DNA of 64,000 nucleotides from Octopus sinensis (GCF_006345805.1 NC_042998.1:180420001-180484000); one strand, 5' to 3'; counted from the first letter of the stretch, positions 37,064-51,289 are shown. Numbers and translations: made by a program. Notes: generated from the letters alone by a model not told the origin.

Positions 37064-37702
37064 TCCTAGATGTTTAAGATAATTGATGTCAGCAAATGCT
37101 GAAATTTGAAGGCGATAAGTTTGAAATAGCTCCGCTAATATTCTCACCTACAAAGCTATGCCGTCCAGGAACAAGCGAGAGCAAAATCACCCATTTAGCA
37201 ATGCAGCGGGTGTTATTTCGGAATTTTCCTTCTACTAGACATAAATATATGCATACCTATGTTTGTGTGTATATTAATATGTGTGTGTGCATGGATGTGG
37301 ATATGTTTGTGCGTATGTGCGTGTGTGTATGTGTGTGCGCGTGTGTGCACATAAATTTCAACTTACAACCCCTACTCGCTAACAAGATTGTTGTGTGAAA
37401 TGCAAGTTACTTTGAATGCCAGTCTTGTATAAGACATGTGAGATCTAAAGAAATGCAATTGTCAGGCCGTTTGTAGGAGATTTCTTTGAGAAAATGTGCT
37501 TTGCGATAATTTAATAATTCCACGCCCAAAACGGAATTCTTCCATACAGTGAGCAATTGACCCGATGGCTTGCTAAAATATTGCCATCAAAGTTTTATGC
37601 GAAAAATTATTTACTTGGAAACAATCTTCAAAATTCTTTTTCAGATACGTTACATCCTTCATATATCTGCCCTTCCCTTATAGTAGAAAGCACCTTCAAT
37701 TT

Positions 37703-37746
37703 GTGTGCGTGCGTGTGTGTGTGTGTGTGTGTGTGTTGTGTGTGTG

Positions 37747-37781
<35 letters not shown>

Positions 37782-37840
37782 GTGTCTGTGTGTGTGTGTC
37801 TGTGTGTGTGTGTGTGTGTCTGTGTGTCTGTCTGTGTGCA
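37703..37840. repeat. (TG)n microsatellite
   Basis: Direct reading. Confidence 0.95.
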
Positions 37841-40530
37841 CATGTATGTAAGCATTCGTGTACGTGTGGATGTATATACATGTAAAGTGAGTCTGGATTA
37901 ACTTTCGATGATATATATGTAAGATAGATAAATAGTAAACATTAGATAAATTTTAAATGATGTCAACAAAGAATTTGATACTTAATGCCTTTGAGATATA
38001 TGTTACTCGATTATATATTTACAGAGAATACTGAATAAAAATATATGCGTTCACGAACGTGAACTGAATAACATCATGTTGAAATATTATATTGTTTAGT
38101 ATGTTTAATATATCATGCATCATATATACTACGCATCATGATAAACTTAATATAGAATGCATCGCATGTAGCTTATCGGAAATCAAATAATATCTTTAAA
38201 AGGCATGACTCGTCACCTCCGTCTTTATATAGGGTATTTGAAACAGAGGAGCTTTTGTCTTTTCCAAATGCATAAAACAAAAATAGAAGAATTTTCCTCA
38301 GATAATTGAATTTATCACTGCATAATTCAGAAGCTTAATGTAGTTATAAAACACTGTGTATGACGAACAGTTTGGTTTCGATCCTCTGTTGAGAATATTA
38401 CATCTTATTTACTTACTGCTGTAGCATTTCAGATAATCATAGAGACCAGTCGCTTCCCCAGTCGTATATTTACCGTCTTTACATCATGCTAATAATTTAA
38501 GAGATCTTAGAGGAAAACATTAGACTGCAAGACAAAATACCATGATGTACTTAATTACATTGCTTTGCTTTCAGAATTGAGGTTTGATTTTTGCTTTTTA
38601 TCATTCCTCTGTCAATAAATTAAATACCAGTCATGCATCCGGGTTGTTAATGTTACCCAATAATCAATCAGTTTACATGTATAATTTCGAAAATTTGTCG
38701 TTGCGTTCTAGTGCAAGTCTAAATTTATTATTCTCATATCGACTACAGTAAAATTCTGAAGATAATATAATGCTTCATAGTATACTACCCTGCATCTTGT
38801 GCATAGCACAGCGTCGTTAACAAGATCTGAACTGTCAACTCTTCAGTTAACTACGTGACACTTGTCATATCTTTAGGCCAGCTGCAATTACTAGAGAGGA
38901 TTTGATGTACACAGGCTATATCGTATGTCATGATTAAAACGATATGAATATCACAACATATGTATGGCATACATAGTATCTTTAAGACTGATGCGAGAGG
39001 CAGCTGTATAAACTTCAAAACCTCAAGCAAGTACGGTTCTTACTGATATGAAACAAGACAAGGTGGGGAGCAGAATGGTTATTCTCTAAAATCGCATTTA
39101 GGCCAGCAACGGCTTCTAAAAATGCAATGAAGCTGCAATGTCCTAGTTTAGTTCCCTATGTTTTTGTTTTTAAATTCGCATTAATATACATAAAAAATTA
39201 GTGAGAGTTAAGCTCCTGAATGATTATGTGTAAGATTCTTAAAAGCGGTTTCCTTTTTGAGTGATCAGTTTGTAGCTTTACTAGGAACACTAGCATAACA
39301 ATGTACTATTCAGTTCTTTTCAATATGTCCCTGAGCGAAGGATGAGCCCCGCGTTATATTTTTTTTTTTATGTAAACACGGCTTAGTGTCTAAATCAGGA
39401 ATAATTATACCAGAAATATGGTGAGCAATTAATTGCATAGTCTTTGTTTTGACGATGTTATGAATGAGTTACAGAGTAAATAACATTGTGTGACATCTTA
39501 CTTAACTGGAACGTTTTTGGTTAACGCTCCTAAGACGCTCCTAAGTCTAGGTAAGATGAGTGAAGAAGAGATGGCAAAACGCTGTGTGATTTTAAGTTGA
39601 GTGAATATGAAATTAAAATATTTAAAGGTGATTGTTGTTGCGGTACAAGGAGTTAAAAGAAGAAAATGTATTAGTAACTAATATATTGCCAGTGACCGAA
39701 TTACTATCTTTACAGTTGAGCTCTGAGGGCGGTTAGTTACTAAGCAGAGTGGAAGAACTTTTTGTCCCTGAGGATAATACCTAGTCTAGGCTTAACACAG
39801 TTTGGAAATCAATTTAGCATGTCATCAAAGGTTATGAAATGAAAGAGCAACTACAGTGTATGTGAGGCCTTTCGACTGAATGTTGTAAGGTGCAGAAAAG
39901 ATAGAGTGCAATACTGTTTCATTGATAGAAGGTATTTAAATTGTATAGGGAAACCACATGCACGCGGGACATGAGGGAGAAATGACATGGTAACATTTGA
40001 ATAGAGTGTGTTGCCAGATTTATCAGCAAGAAAGTTATAAATATGCAGATAAAAGAATGCTTTAGATATTTTCGAATTTGAAGATAAGCTTATGGGGATT
40101 AAAGAGGTCCTCATGAGGACTGACTTTAACAAGGCAGTCAGAACAGAAACTTTCGGTGAAATAGATGATTGACCTACAGTGGGGCATATGAGCTACAAAG
40201 CTGTCATAGCGCAGTTGAAAGTGTTGCAGACATCAACAGCTACATTTCTGCAGCTATAGTTCTAACATGCAGAAGATATTTGATGTGTGATATTCGAGGG
40301 CAAACCTCTGGGAGATCGAACAGTGGGAAAATCATATTAGTGGTCACTAAGGGAAAAACATAATCTCAGGCTGATGGCCGTCTCCTTAATTCCTCTTACT
40401 AATTTAAGATATTTCACACCTTTTATGTTACTATGCTTTTCAGAACGTCATAAAAATCAAGACACATTGTCTTTTCTCTCTCCATTGAATATATCAATAT
40501 ACGTAATATGTTTAGATTACAATGATAATA

Positions 40531-40912
40531 TTCTTTTACTCTTTTACTTGTCTCAATCATTTGACTGCGGTCATGTCTTTAGTCGAGGAAATCGACCCCA
40601 GGACTTATTCTTTGTAAGCCTAGTACTTATTCTATCGGTCTGTTTTGCCGAACCGCTGAGTGACGGGGACATAAACATAGCAGCATCTGTTGTCAAGCAA
40701 TGCTAGGGGGACAAACACAGACACACAAACATACACGCACACACACACACACACATATACATATATACGACGGGCTTCTTTCAGTTCCAAGGCTTTGGTC
40801 GGCTCGATGCTATAGTAGATGACACTTGCTCAAGACGCCATGCAGTGGGACTGAACCTGGAACCATGTGGTTGGTAAGCAAGCTACTTACCACACAGCCA
40901 CTCCTGCGCCTA
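40531..40912 (-). mobile_element. Family-B SINE, near full length, internal (CA)n/(TA)n spacer
   Basis: Reverse complement of the 59316-59850 family, including the head (cacacagccactcctgcgcc) and the (cttttact)n tail. Confidence 0.9.
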
Positions 40913-42024
40913 TGACTAGATTTTTATTCTAGATTGAAATTATATATCTTCAAGTTAGTTTTCTCATTCATCCGAAAAGCACGAACATCGCTCAGACTTA
41001 TTCAACCATTTTATACATTTGTGATCTTTGTACATATGCGTGTATATGATGAACATCTACGATTCATGACATGTGGAACTTACGGCGAGTTTCGTAGCAA
41101 TATAAAGGAGCATCAAAATATGTTTTTCTAACTTTCTACACAAGAAATGTTGATAGCTATTTCGGAATTTTCTAAATTTGTACGAAAAAGAGAATCCGAT
41201 GTTTCTACAATTAAAACAACTTGTCATAGTTACAGAACATATACATATAGTATTGGCATATCTTTGGTCGTTAGAACAACTTCCAATGTATAAATTTCTT
41301 TTCTAATAGTCGCTGATGCAATAATTACACTTTCAGACAATCATTTTCAAGCTTGGTGCCACAAAAACAACGAACCCAAGTACAGAGGCTCCAACCAGCC
41401 GAGAACACATCTATTTTGCTTTTGTTGCTCTAGCTGTTGATATCATTGTTGTTTGTTGTTTCGAGCCTTTTCGTTTGGTTTATGTATTTTTCGTATTTTG
41501 TTTTGTTTCGTTGTGTTGTTTTTTCCTTTTTTGTATTAGTGTCATTCCATACGCATAAGTACAGTTTACTGCTTATTGACAAAACATGCCTCTAGTAATA
41601 CTCCCTTTCACACACCGATTCCTCAGATAATATATTTTAACGTCATTACACGCCAACCTAAACCACTGCTACAAACGAGAAAATTGGGTTCTGGAAACTT
41701 ATTCTGCTCAACTTAACAGCGCGACGACAATGACAAAAACAAAAGCAACAACATAAGCAGCATGGCAACAACAACAAAGCAAAAAATAATGATAATAAAT
41801 GCCTAGATAAATATATAAATAAATAAATGAAAATACCAAATTCTTTTTCAACAAATATATTTTCTACCATTGATTTTTATCTCTTTCTTTAAAAAAAAAA
41901 ATTAAAGAATTATCTCATATGTAATATCATCTGAACGGAAAAGAAATCTGAAAATTTCTTATTAGTTTTTTAATACTTTTTTTTTATTTTAATAAATGAT
42001 GAAAATAATGTAACCAGTGATATT

Positions 42025-42514
42025 GATTTGTAGCCTACTCACAAAACCTCGGATTTATAATACAAAGAAATATCATGCTTGATTATGTTCAGACCTTCCT
42101 TTAGATAATAAACGAATTGATATACCAAACCCAGGAATCAAAACTATATTTCAAACTACGTTTTGTGCTAGTTCTCAGTTTTGTACATTAATTCATGTAG
42201 ATTTCTAATCGGAGGAATTTTTTATTACAGCATCTAAACTGTGAGAAAGAGACGGATAGGTTTTTCTTGAGATTGGTAACCTAAACCGAACGTGCCATAA
42301 AGACAGCCATAGATGTTGCTACTAAATAAACTGATAGATTATGTGTATTACACACAAACAGAAATAGTTCATCGAATATTTTCAAACATTTCCGCATACC
42401 AAATTGCACTTTCGGAAATTTTGTTGTACCGAGGCTATAACAGAAGATGTTTTTCCCAACGATAAAAGATGTCACACAGTGAAAACTGCTTAATAAAGCA
42501 GCCATACTTGCATT
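42025..42514. repeat. Left arm of a 490-bp inverted duplication
   Basis: Reverse complement of 48109-48598; about 8 mismatches counted, no indels seen. Confidence 0.95.
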
Positions 42515-44639
42515 CATGATTTATGTTGTTATGCCATATGAGAAGGTAGAAGTCCAGTTAATAGTCTGCAGTTTTGTGGGGTATGACCATTGTGTTAAAA
42601 TATCCTGTTTTTATATTGATTTAGTACACTGATATAGCAAAATTTGCTTAGAAAGAATTAATGCATATGAGCTAAATGTGCTAGATTCCGCATTTACATA
42701 TCAAGAATACAATGATACTTCTCTTCCAAAATTATTTTGGATTAACACAGAAAACCGAAACCGTAGAAACAAAGCAGAAGAATAATAAAGTAAAAGAAAC
42801 CCTGGATAACTGGATAAGGTGCTCGTACCTAGAATGTCGGTTACAACGAATCTATAGAAAGTTACTGTAACTCTTAAACTCCTTCAAATCATTGCAAAAT
42901 ACTGTCATAATGTTTGAAATTTCAATAAGTTATTGAACTGACAGACGATGTGCCATGAATCTTAGTTTATATTCCTGAGAAAAGTGGAAAATTATCTGTT
43001 CTTCTATCAGTCTGTTTAGCTCTATGGGTCGCAGTTGTAGAATAAAAGTTTCAAGTTTCAGAAGCGGGCTAAATTTATAATAACAAATTTGGTTGTAAAA
43101 TAAGGGTCCATTGAGAGGGTTCTAAATGTAGGAATTTAATAACAGAGCCGTATAAATGAATTTTCGGTCCAGAATTTTAATGAATAATTGTGAGTTCGCG
43201 TCCCGTAAGTTGGGCAACATTTTACACTTGATATTTCAATTAATGTTTTCTCTTAAAGTTTCAATGCAGAATATCAGAAGAGAAAGTGTGTGTATTTTGT
43301 GTGAGTATGTGTGTGTGTGTATAGTTGATCTTGGGATAAGTGGAAGCGGTGAAATAAATTGGTGGCTCACAATGGAGAGATCGAATCTCTCCCAACCAAA
43401 GAGAAAAAGTTTAAAAGCAAAACGAAATCAACAACGATAATGCAAACAAATTTGATACTCTCTCTCCTGAGTTTTCAGAAAATTCAAGCCAATAAATGTT
43501 GGCATTAGATGATTTTCTTGGAATTGTACAAATAAATTGCCATCGGCATTTTGGCATTCAGGTTTAATGGCAACATCTTAGTGAAGCAGAATAGAAAACT
43601 TAAGTTCCTTAGGACACTTTGCTATTCTATGTTCACTAAAATATAAATAAAATACTGCTTTATAGCTTGATTTAAAAAATTTTTTATCATAATAAATAGG
43701 ACGAGTTTATTGCTGAAATTCTCTGGCTGCGCTGGTCTGGAACATATTTAAATTTTGGATATATTTTTTTTTTTTTTAGGATTGATGAATAAGAGATAAG
43801 TGCATGCGATTCTGCGTTTAGATGTCAGAAAAAACATCAGTATTCTCCCTCGAAATTATTTCGGATTAATACAGAAAATGGAACGTAAAGAGGCAAAATT
43901 AAAAGAATGAAAGAGAAAGGGAGAGAAGGGCGAGAAAGAGAGAGGAATAAAGAAACAAAAATATTGCAAAATGACCAATGTGAAGGCAAACCAAGTAAAA
44001 TTGGAAAAAAAAGGAAGATACTTGAGTAATGCAAATCGAAAGAAGGAAAAGCAAAAAGGGAAAGAAAATAAAGAGTAGTAGTAAAACTGGAGAGAAAGAT
44101 AGTAAAACATAGAAAGAAATGGAGAATGGGGAAGGAATAAATGAAAATTAACTGAAAAGACATAAAGATTCAAATGATAGAATACGAGAAAAAATATAAT
44201 GAATGACAGAAAGGACAGAATTAAAGAAAATTCTAGAAAGAAATATTAGGAAATATAATTATGAATTAGTCTCTAGGGTGAAAATCAAATTTAGGTAGCG
44301 TTAAATTAATTCAGATAAGGTTAACAATTTTAAATTGGTAATTAAACTGAAGTCTGTGTTTCAGGGGCGAAATTTCCCGAATTCTCATGAACAGTGGCCA
44401 CACCATTATTGACAAGTTGTGACGTCAGTCATAAAACGCTGTTGTTTTATTAAACTATTTATTTATTTATTAAATATTTCTATTGACTTTTCTTTTGTCT
44501 ATTTGTTATCTCCAACATACCTTCAGCTCTGTCTCTCCTCTCCAATGTTGATTTATCGCTTGGCGAATTTGTTTTTCTCAAATATTTAATCTGTTATTTT
44601 CAAATCAACATTTATTTCCCAGACAATATGTATATACGC

Positions 44640-44819
44640 AATTTTATTATATATGTTTACTTGTACACACATACAAATAAACGATTGCGTGTGTCTTTGT
44701 ACGGAAATTTATATATAAATATCTGTATGTATATGCTTTGTATATATATATATATATGTACGTATGTGTGTTCGTGTGTGTATGTATGAATGCGTGTATA
44801 TGGTGTATATGTATGTATG

Positions 44820-44851
<32 letters not shown>

Positions 44852-44921
44852 ATTGTGTATATAATATGTAAGTTAAGCAATTTACATATATGCTTGTATA
44901 ATGTACATATCTATATACAAC

Positions 44922-44978
<57 letters not shown>

Positions 44979-45130
44979 TATATTCATACATATATGTATA
45001 TATATATATATATATACATATATGTATTATATTTATACATATATGTATATATATATATATGTATATGCACGTATGTATGTATAAAACCAAATATATATTA
45101 AATATGTGTGTTTTGTGTGTGCATGTGTGA
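44640..45130. repeat. (TA)n-rich compound microsatellite
   Basis: Direct reading. Confidence 0.9.
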
Positions 45131-45749
45131 GTGTGTACCTAACATAATATGTGTTTGTGTATATTTAAAAAAAAAACATTTTTATAACCATACTAACTTT
45201 CCATTGTTGGACATTTATTACTTTGCTACTCTAAAATCATGATAGAGTATCAATTTTGTTTTTTTACCTTCATATAATATTTATTACAATGTCATTTTAT
45301 CGATGAGGAGAGATAGGCTCTTAGGACACAAAATTCATGAAGTGGTTTCTCTTCCATACTGGAGATTATGACTTTCATTTACGCTGGTAATACACTTGAG
45401 ACGGGTATGAACATCATAACTATGACAGCATCTCATTCCCTCCGCCGTAAACAAATTTACGTTACTTTGCTTAAGTAAGCAAGAAATATTTTTGTTTTGG
45501 TCTTGTTTGTTTTATTTTACTTGGTTTGCCGTAAATATAATGATAAAATTGTAGAACATTTGCTGTTCCCTTAGAAACATACTGGATTGCAATAAGAGAG
45601 CAGCATGATGGCGACACGACACATGCTAGAAATAGGAGACAAATCGTTTGTTCATTTAGTACTGTATCGTCTTAGAAACAAAAGGGTACTTAATGGGTAA
45701 TGCAATTGTTGGTAGAAGAACCATGGTCACAACTAGAATACCACTTTTT

Positions 45750-46900
45750 ATAGGTTTACGTAATTAGGGAAATAACTACCAAGTCATTAGAAACAACGAG
45801 AAAACGGAAAGAAAGAAAAAAGCCAACAGTAAAATAACTGAGAACAGCGACCAGAACTACAATCATCTTCCGGTCGGGCGATTTGCCCGGACCAATGCAA
45901 CTCTTACAGATGTTCTGATCGAGAGATACGGCTTGAAGGTCTGGTTCGGGGCTTAGTCCCATTGGCCATGTATCTCATCTGGACACGCCGCGACAATCTG
46001 AATGGCAGCCAACTTCTTTAATTAGGAAATAATATATTGCAGTTTTTCTTATGAAAGTAAATAATTATTGGAAATAAAAGTTTATAAAGTGTGTAGAGAG
46101 TGAGTTTTGATGCCACAACATATAGCGTATAGTTTCATAAACAAATAAATGGTTTCTCGATTCCTAACCATTCCTTACTTAACAAGGAAGCAAAATCAAA
46201 CACTTGTTCAGAAAGGATTTATTTGTTTAAATATAGAATACAGATATTTACGGTTTTTGCGCGACAATAATTGGGGACATCCGAAACTGGATAATTATAT
46301 TTGCCACTGACAACAATTTCCGTTTCCTGCTTTCCCTAAATATGTGGTTTATTGATGAAACCTTCCAAGTCATAACAAGAAGGTCTTACCAGGTTTGAAA
46401 TGGGGTAGTGGCGGGGTTTCCTCTTGTATATCGTTTCAATGCAAAATAAGCGAAAAGATAATTAGACATTTTACGAAGGCTCCATGAAACAACAAAATAA
46501 ATTTCAAATTGAAAGTTCAGAAAGATAACCACCAACCATTATCCTAGATTTAGGACTACGGACTATAAACGCTTGCCAAAATGTTTCAACACACTCGAAC
46601 ATATTTATTTCCATTTCATTTTGGGTGGTACTAGGAAACTCAAGAAGTAGACCTGAAGATTCAGTACATTAAAGCGGATGATGTAATAACGATATCGACT
46701 GACTTTTATTCCACCAGATGACGTTATGGAATCTTTGAGACTCACCTGGATAGCGGCACTAACGAATAGAAGACACTAATGGAAATTAATGATCATGATA
46801 AGAACCGTTATCTGTATAAAACATATGTACCTAAATACTCTGCATGCAGCATGAGGCAAGAATCATCACGGAGCGCAAATGCAATATAGAATGATTAAGT
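45750..46900 (+). pseudogene. Decayed Mutator-like (MULE) transposase
   Basis: From 46261: ...WIIIFATDNNFRFLLSLNMWFIDETFQV...*NGVVAGFPLVY (cf. IFAT...W..DGTF...FPLVY). From ~46532: PTIILDLGLRTINACQNV, then FHF after a frameshift (cf. TDFE.AAINA...CFFHF). An NHLP remnant lies near 45860. Confidence 0.75.
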
Positions 46901-47987
46901 ATGAGCAAGTATGGGTAAAGCTACAATTAGTAATGTAAAAAGATGATAGAAAATATAGCAAAATGGTGACGATTGTTAATGCTTTCAGTGTTAGATACTA
47001 TAAGGATGAAACAGTGTGACATTGAATCTGAAATACTGTTGCAAAAAATGAATCACGTGTTAAGCACGATATCAGGAATTCAAGAAAAGTAAAAATAGTC
47101 AAGATTTATTTTACCTAAAAATATAAAAAAAACATTGTATGCAATTTTCTTGTATCAGCATATAAATGTTCCTTATCACGTATTTATCATATCATACAGC
47201 TGGTTTTCGTCCCGTTGTCCTGCATAATAAGATATATATCGATAATTATATCAATACCATTTTATACTTCTTTCTTATCATAAATAGTCTTGGAAAAAAT
47301 ACTTGCAGTTGCACAGCAACTGTTCCATCGATTTACTTTCATTATTAAATACATTTTGTTCTATCAATGCAACCACATACACTGACACGTCTGTCACCTG
47401 TGTTCATTTTATAGTGAAGAATATATTCCAAACAACGGAAACCATCAGCAACTTTAATAATGCACGACATTTTTTCAATGATAGGTTGGTTTTGTGTCGC
47501 TAACGCTCTAAATATACTGTGTGATGAAAAAAAACGAATGACAGAGGCAAAGGCTGACCAAGGAATTGAAAATATTGAACGAACGTAAATAGATGGTACT
47601 TTTATGGCAAAGTAGCGCCAGAAATTACTTATCATACAAAAAATAAGGGACTATTGTAGCTCAATTGTTATACATGCATTTTTCGAATATCAATTGCAGT
47701 ACAAAATTTCATTAAAAAATAAAAAGAAATGGAAATGAGTGCTGGGAGTTACATTTTTAGTGATAACATAGTATTAATTAGATTTTGTGATTTGTTTGAC
47801 CAGTTGTTGTATCATAAATAGTTGTCCGTCCACCACGGGTCGTTTTTCACACTTCTTGATACCATGTTGGTTATCCTCATTTGCTGTGTTCTCTTTATTG
47901 TTGTAACTCATTTAACTTCACATTCAATTGTACTGACACCGATTTTTGCTCTTGCTCACATGTCACTAACTCAAAGAAACGGCTAGC

Positions 47988-48108
47988 CCCACTGCGTGGC
48001 ACCAGAGGCAATTTTCTTCTGCTATAGCCTTGCGCCGACCAAAGCCTTGTGAGTAGATTTCGTAACTGGAAACGGATAGAAGCCCTTCGTGTGTATATAT
48101 ATATATAT
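47988..48108 (+). mobile_element. Family-B SINE 5' arm ending in (TA)n
   Basis: cccactgcgtggcacc...ctatagcc...ccgaccaaagccttgtgag...gaagcccttcg followed by TA repeats. Confidence 0.75.
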
Positions 48109-48598
48109 AATGCAAGTATGGCTGCTTTATTAAGCAGTTTTCACTGTGTGACATCTTTTATCTTTGGGAAAAACATCTTCTGTTATAGCCTCGGTACAAC
48201 AAAATTTCCGGAAGTGCAATTTGGTATGCGGAAATGTTTGAAAATATTCGATGAACTATTTCTGTTTGTGTGTAATACACATAATCTATCAGTTTATTTA
48301 GTAGCAACATCTATGGCTGTCTTTATGGCACGTTCGGTTTAGGTTACCAATCTCAAGAAAAACCTATCCGTCTCTTTCTCACAGTTTAGATGTCGTAATA
48401 AAAAGTTCCTCCGATTAGAAATCTACATGAATTAATGTACAAAACTGAAAACTAGCACAAAACGTAGTTTGAAATATAGTTTTGATTCCTGGGTTTCGTA
48501 TATCACTTCGTTTATTATCTAAAGGAAGGTCTGAACATAATCAAGCATGATATTTCTTTGTATTATAAATCCGAGGTTTTGTGAGTAGGCTACAAATC
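48109..48598. repeat. Right arm of the 490-bp inverted duplication, flanked by (TA)n on both sides
   Basis: Reverse complement of 42025-42514. Confidence 0.95.
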
Positions 48599-49159
48599 CA
48601 TATATATATATTTCTCAACCTTATCATTTTGGGTCCCCTGTTTCGATTGAAGCTTCCGGCTGCATGAATATTTCCTGACTCCACTCCCACCCCCAATTGT
48701 CAGAAAACAGCTTCAGGAGTTGTGAAGAACGAATTTTTATGTAGTCTTTTCCGGGAGCTATTCTATTTGACCTCTGTCTAATCATTAAAACATTGATTTA
48801 ATTATGAACATAAAAAAGGTCATGGTGTAAAATTTTTACGATAGTTGATTTATGGAAAAGATTGTTAAAAGATGTGAATAAAAATTAAGTTCAGACCTCT
48901 ACATGGTAACTTGACCTGGTAGAAATAGCAGCGAAATCTCCCTCAAAACACCCTACTGTCTTAACCTGACAATTCTGCCTATTATGTAGTTTGGATGAGA
49001 AGCTGTAACTAAAAATTAAGATTATTAACCCCACAAAGAAGTGAAAGAAGAGAGACAGCATGGAGAAAGTTTTGGCTGATTGTCATCCTGTACTCCCTTT
49101 GTGCTAGTGAAATGGTATGTGCCGGCTGAGTGAGCAACTGTTTGTTTTAATGGCGGAAC

Positions 49160-49362
49160 AAACAGGGGAATTCCATTAGAAAAATTCATCGATTTTCTCG
49201 GTAACTATGGGAGCTAGGAAAAAAATATAAACCGCATTCATATATATGCACCCGTCACCACATGTGTGCCATTTTTCACGCAAATCCACCCAGCCGTTTG
49301 GCTGTGAACCTCAAGACAAGAAAGAATACAACAATCTCACATGTCCAATTTATATTATAAAT
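49160..49362 (-). mobile_element. Probable Helitron-like 5' fragment
   Basis: aaatccacccagccgtttggctgtgaac...agacaagaaa...tttatattata parallels the organisation of the H1 end (aagtttcatcagaatcggttgaaagccgt...acagaca...tttatata). Confidence 0.35.
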
Positions 49363-49839
49363 TACTGGAGAAGGCCTGTTTATAGGGTTACCGTAGGTTT
49401 CTCAATATAAAGAGTATCTTTATGGGGTATCATCAGACCCCAATGATTGTTGGCCTATGGCTTCTTTAAAGTATGGAGGGGCAAACGAACCGGATATAAA
49501 CAATTGGGGTTATCTCCCTCTCCTGGTGGCCATCCGCTGGTCATCGGCTTCCGGCTATGTCACCGTCTTTCAGCTACGCCACCTGTCTGCTGTGAGATTA
49601 GAACGTAGAGGGTTATCTCCCACTCTAATCAGTAGTCAATTTCCGGTCGTGGTGTAAATATTATCGCTAATACCGCTATTATCATTATTATACAGTTCGT
49701 AAAACTGTATAATAATGCAATTTCCTGAAATGCAAGCACGGCCGGAAAATCTCCGTTCTGGAGTTCAGTATGTTCACTAGTACGTACGAGGTTTTCCGGA
49801 TTTCAATGCATTCGGCTACGCATAGCCTGCAGCTTCTTT

Positions 49840-49950
49840 GTGTCTGTTTGTTCACCCATCATCGCTTGACATGACGTATTGGTGTGTCTACGTCCCTGTA
49901 ACATAGCAGGTCAGCAAAGAGACCGACAGAGTAAATACTAGGCTTAGGAG
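49840..49950 (+). mobile_element. Family-B SINE 3' arm
   Basis: gtgtctgtttg...catcgcttgaca...ggtgtgtctacgtccctgtaac...gagaccgacagagtaaatactaggctt. Confidence 0.7.
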
Positions 49951-51004
49951 ATCTTCCACCCAGAGTCAATCATCGAATCCCACAGATCTTGGTTCATTCT
50001 GATTACCAATGGCACAATTCCTAGTCCAACAGTTGTCATTCAATCTACAGGCGCATGCGTAGAGAAGTTCCGTTGTCCTTAGCCATTTTTTCAACAGTTC
50101 CATATGTTTTAACAAATTCATTGGGGATTGTCGATTTAGTACACGATACCTTTGAATCAGAATATGCATCCTAGCCTGTGATGATTATAAAAGAGGAACC
50201 AAGTAAATAAGGCTCAAGGCTGATACCTGGTTTTATTCCCTTGCAATTTTACGAATGCCATCCAGTAAGCTAGATGACGTTCATGTTGGGCAGAGCATTA
50301 TCATTTCCAGCTTCAGGCGTCACCTCCTTTTACCGAGAAATACACTTATCTTTATTACATTGGCGAGAAAACACTTTAAGTCTCAATAAGAAATCAATAT
50401 TAGCATTGCTGTTTGTTTTCATTTGAGGTACTTCTTTTTGTTTTATTATTTGTTTTATTATTTTTTTTTGCTTGTTTCTTAACGTGATGTTTTGTTTTTG
50501 TTGTGGTTAAAGTTACTTTATCTTCATTTATCAGTCTCATACGCGTTGTTTCTACTGTAAACTTCTTTAGACGTATCTTAAGAAAAGTTTCTGTATAAAG
50601 TTTAAAATAATGACAATTATAAGTGGATCTTTATTATTAGAATATATAGACTACGCCGGAACACAGTTTCTACAAGAGAGTTGACTCACTGATTCAATTA
50701 TCAGTCGGTGGCACAAAGATATTGGCCTGGATAATTTATATTACAATTTAGTAATTAGTATTTAGTACAAGTTCACTGAACATCAATTTAAACAATATAT
50801 AAGAGTATTTATAAGTGTGTGTGTGTGTGTGTGTGAGTGAGTGTATATACGTGTGCAAGCACACGTGTGTCTTCGTGCGTGTATGTGCGTTTATATACAT
50901 ACATATGTAAATATGTATATGTGTGTGTGTATAAATACATATATATACACATATAAATATACATATGTATATGCATATACATATATACTCTCATACATTC
51001 AGAC

Positions 51005-51046
<42 letters not shown>

Positions 51047-51137
51047 TGTGTGTGTATGTGTGTTTGTGTGTGTATTCACAGACACGCATATATATATATA
51101 TATATACATACTCACACACGCACACACACATACACAA

Positions 51138-51188
<51 letters not shown>

Positions 51189-51289
51189 ATATATAATATA
51201 TATATATATATATACATGTACATATATGTGTGAGTGCGTGTGTGTTTTTATGTGTGTATTATTTAGCAAAGTACGTAAATTAAGCCGAG

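Noticed and set aside
39950-40200. DKLMGIKEVLMRTDF resembling the Helitron PIF1 helicase motif
   Set aside because: The match is too weak and isolated; no Walker A or other helicase motifs were found.
43837-44250. F/L/S-rich minus ORFs resembling membrane proteins
   Set aside because: Low-complexity purine-rich tract on the plus strand.
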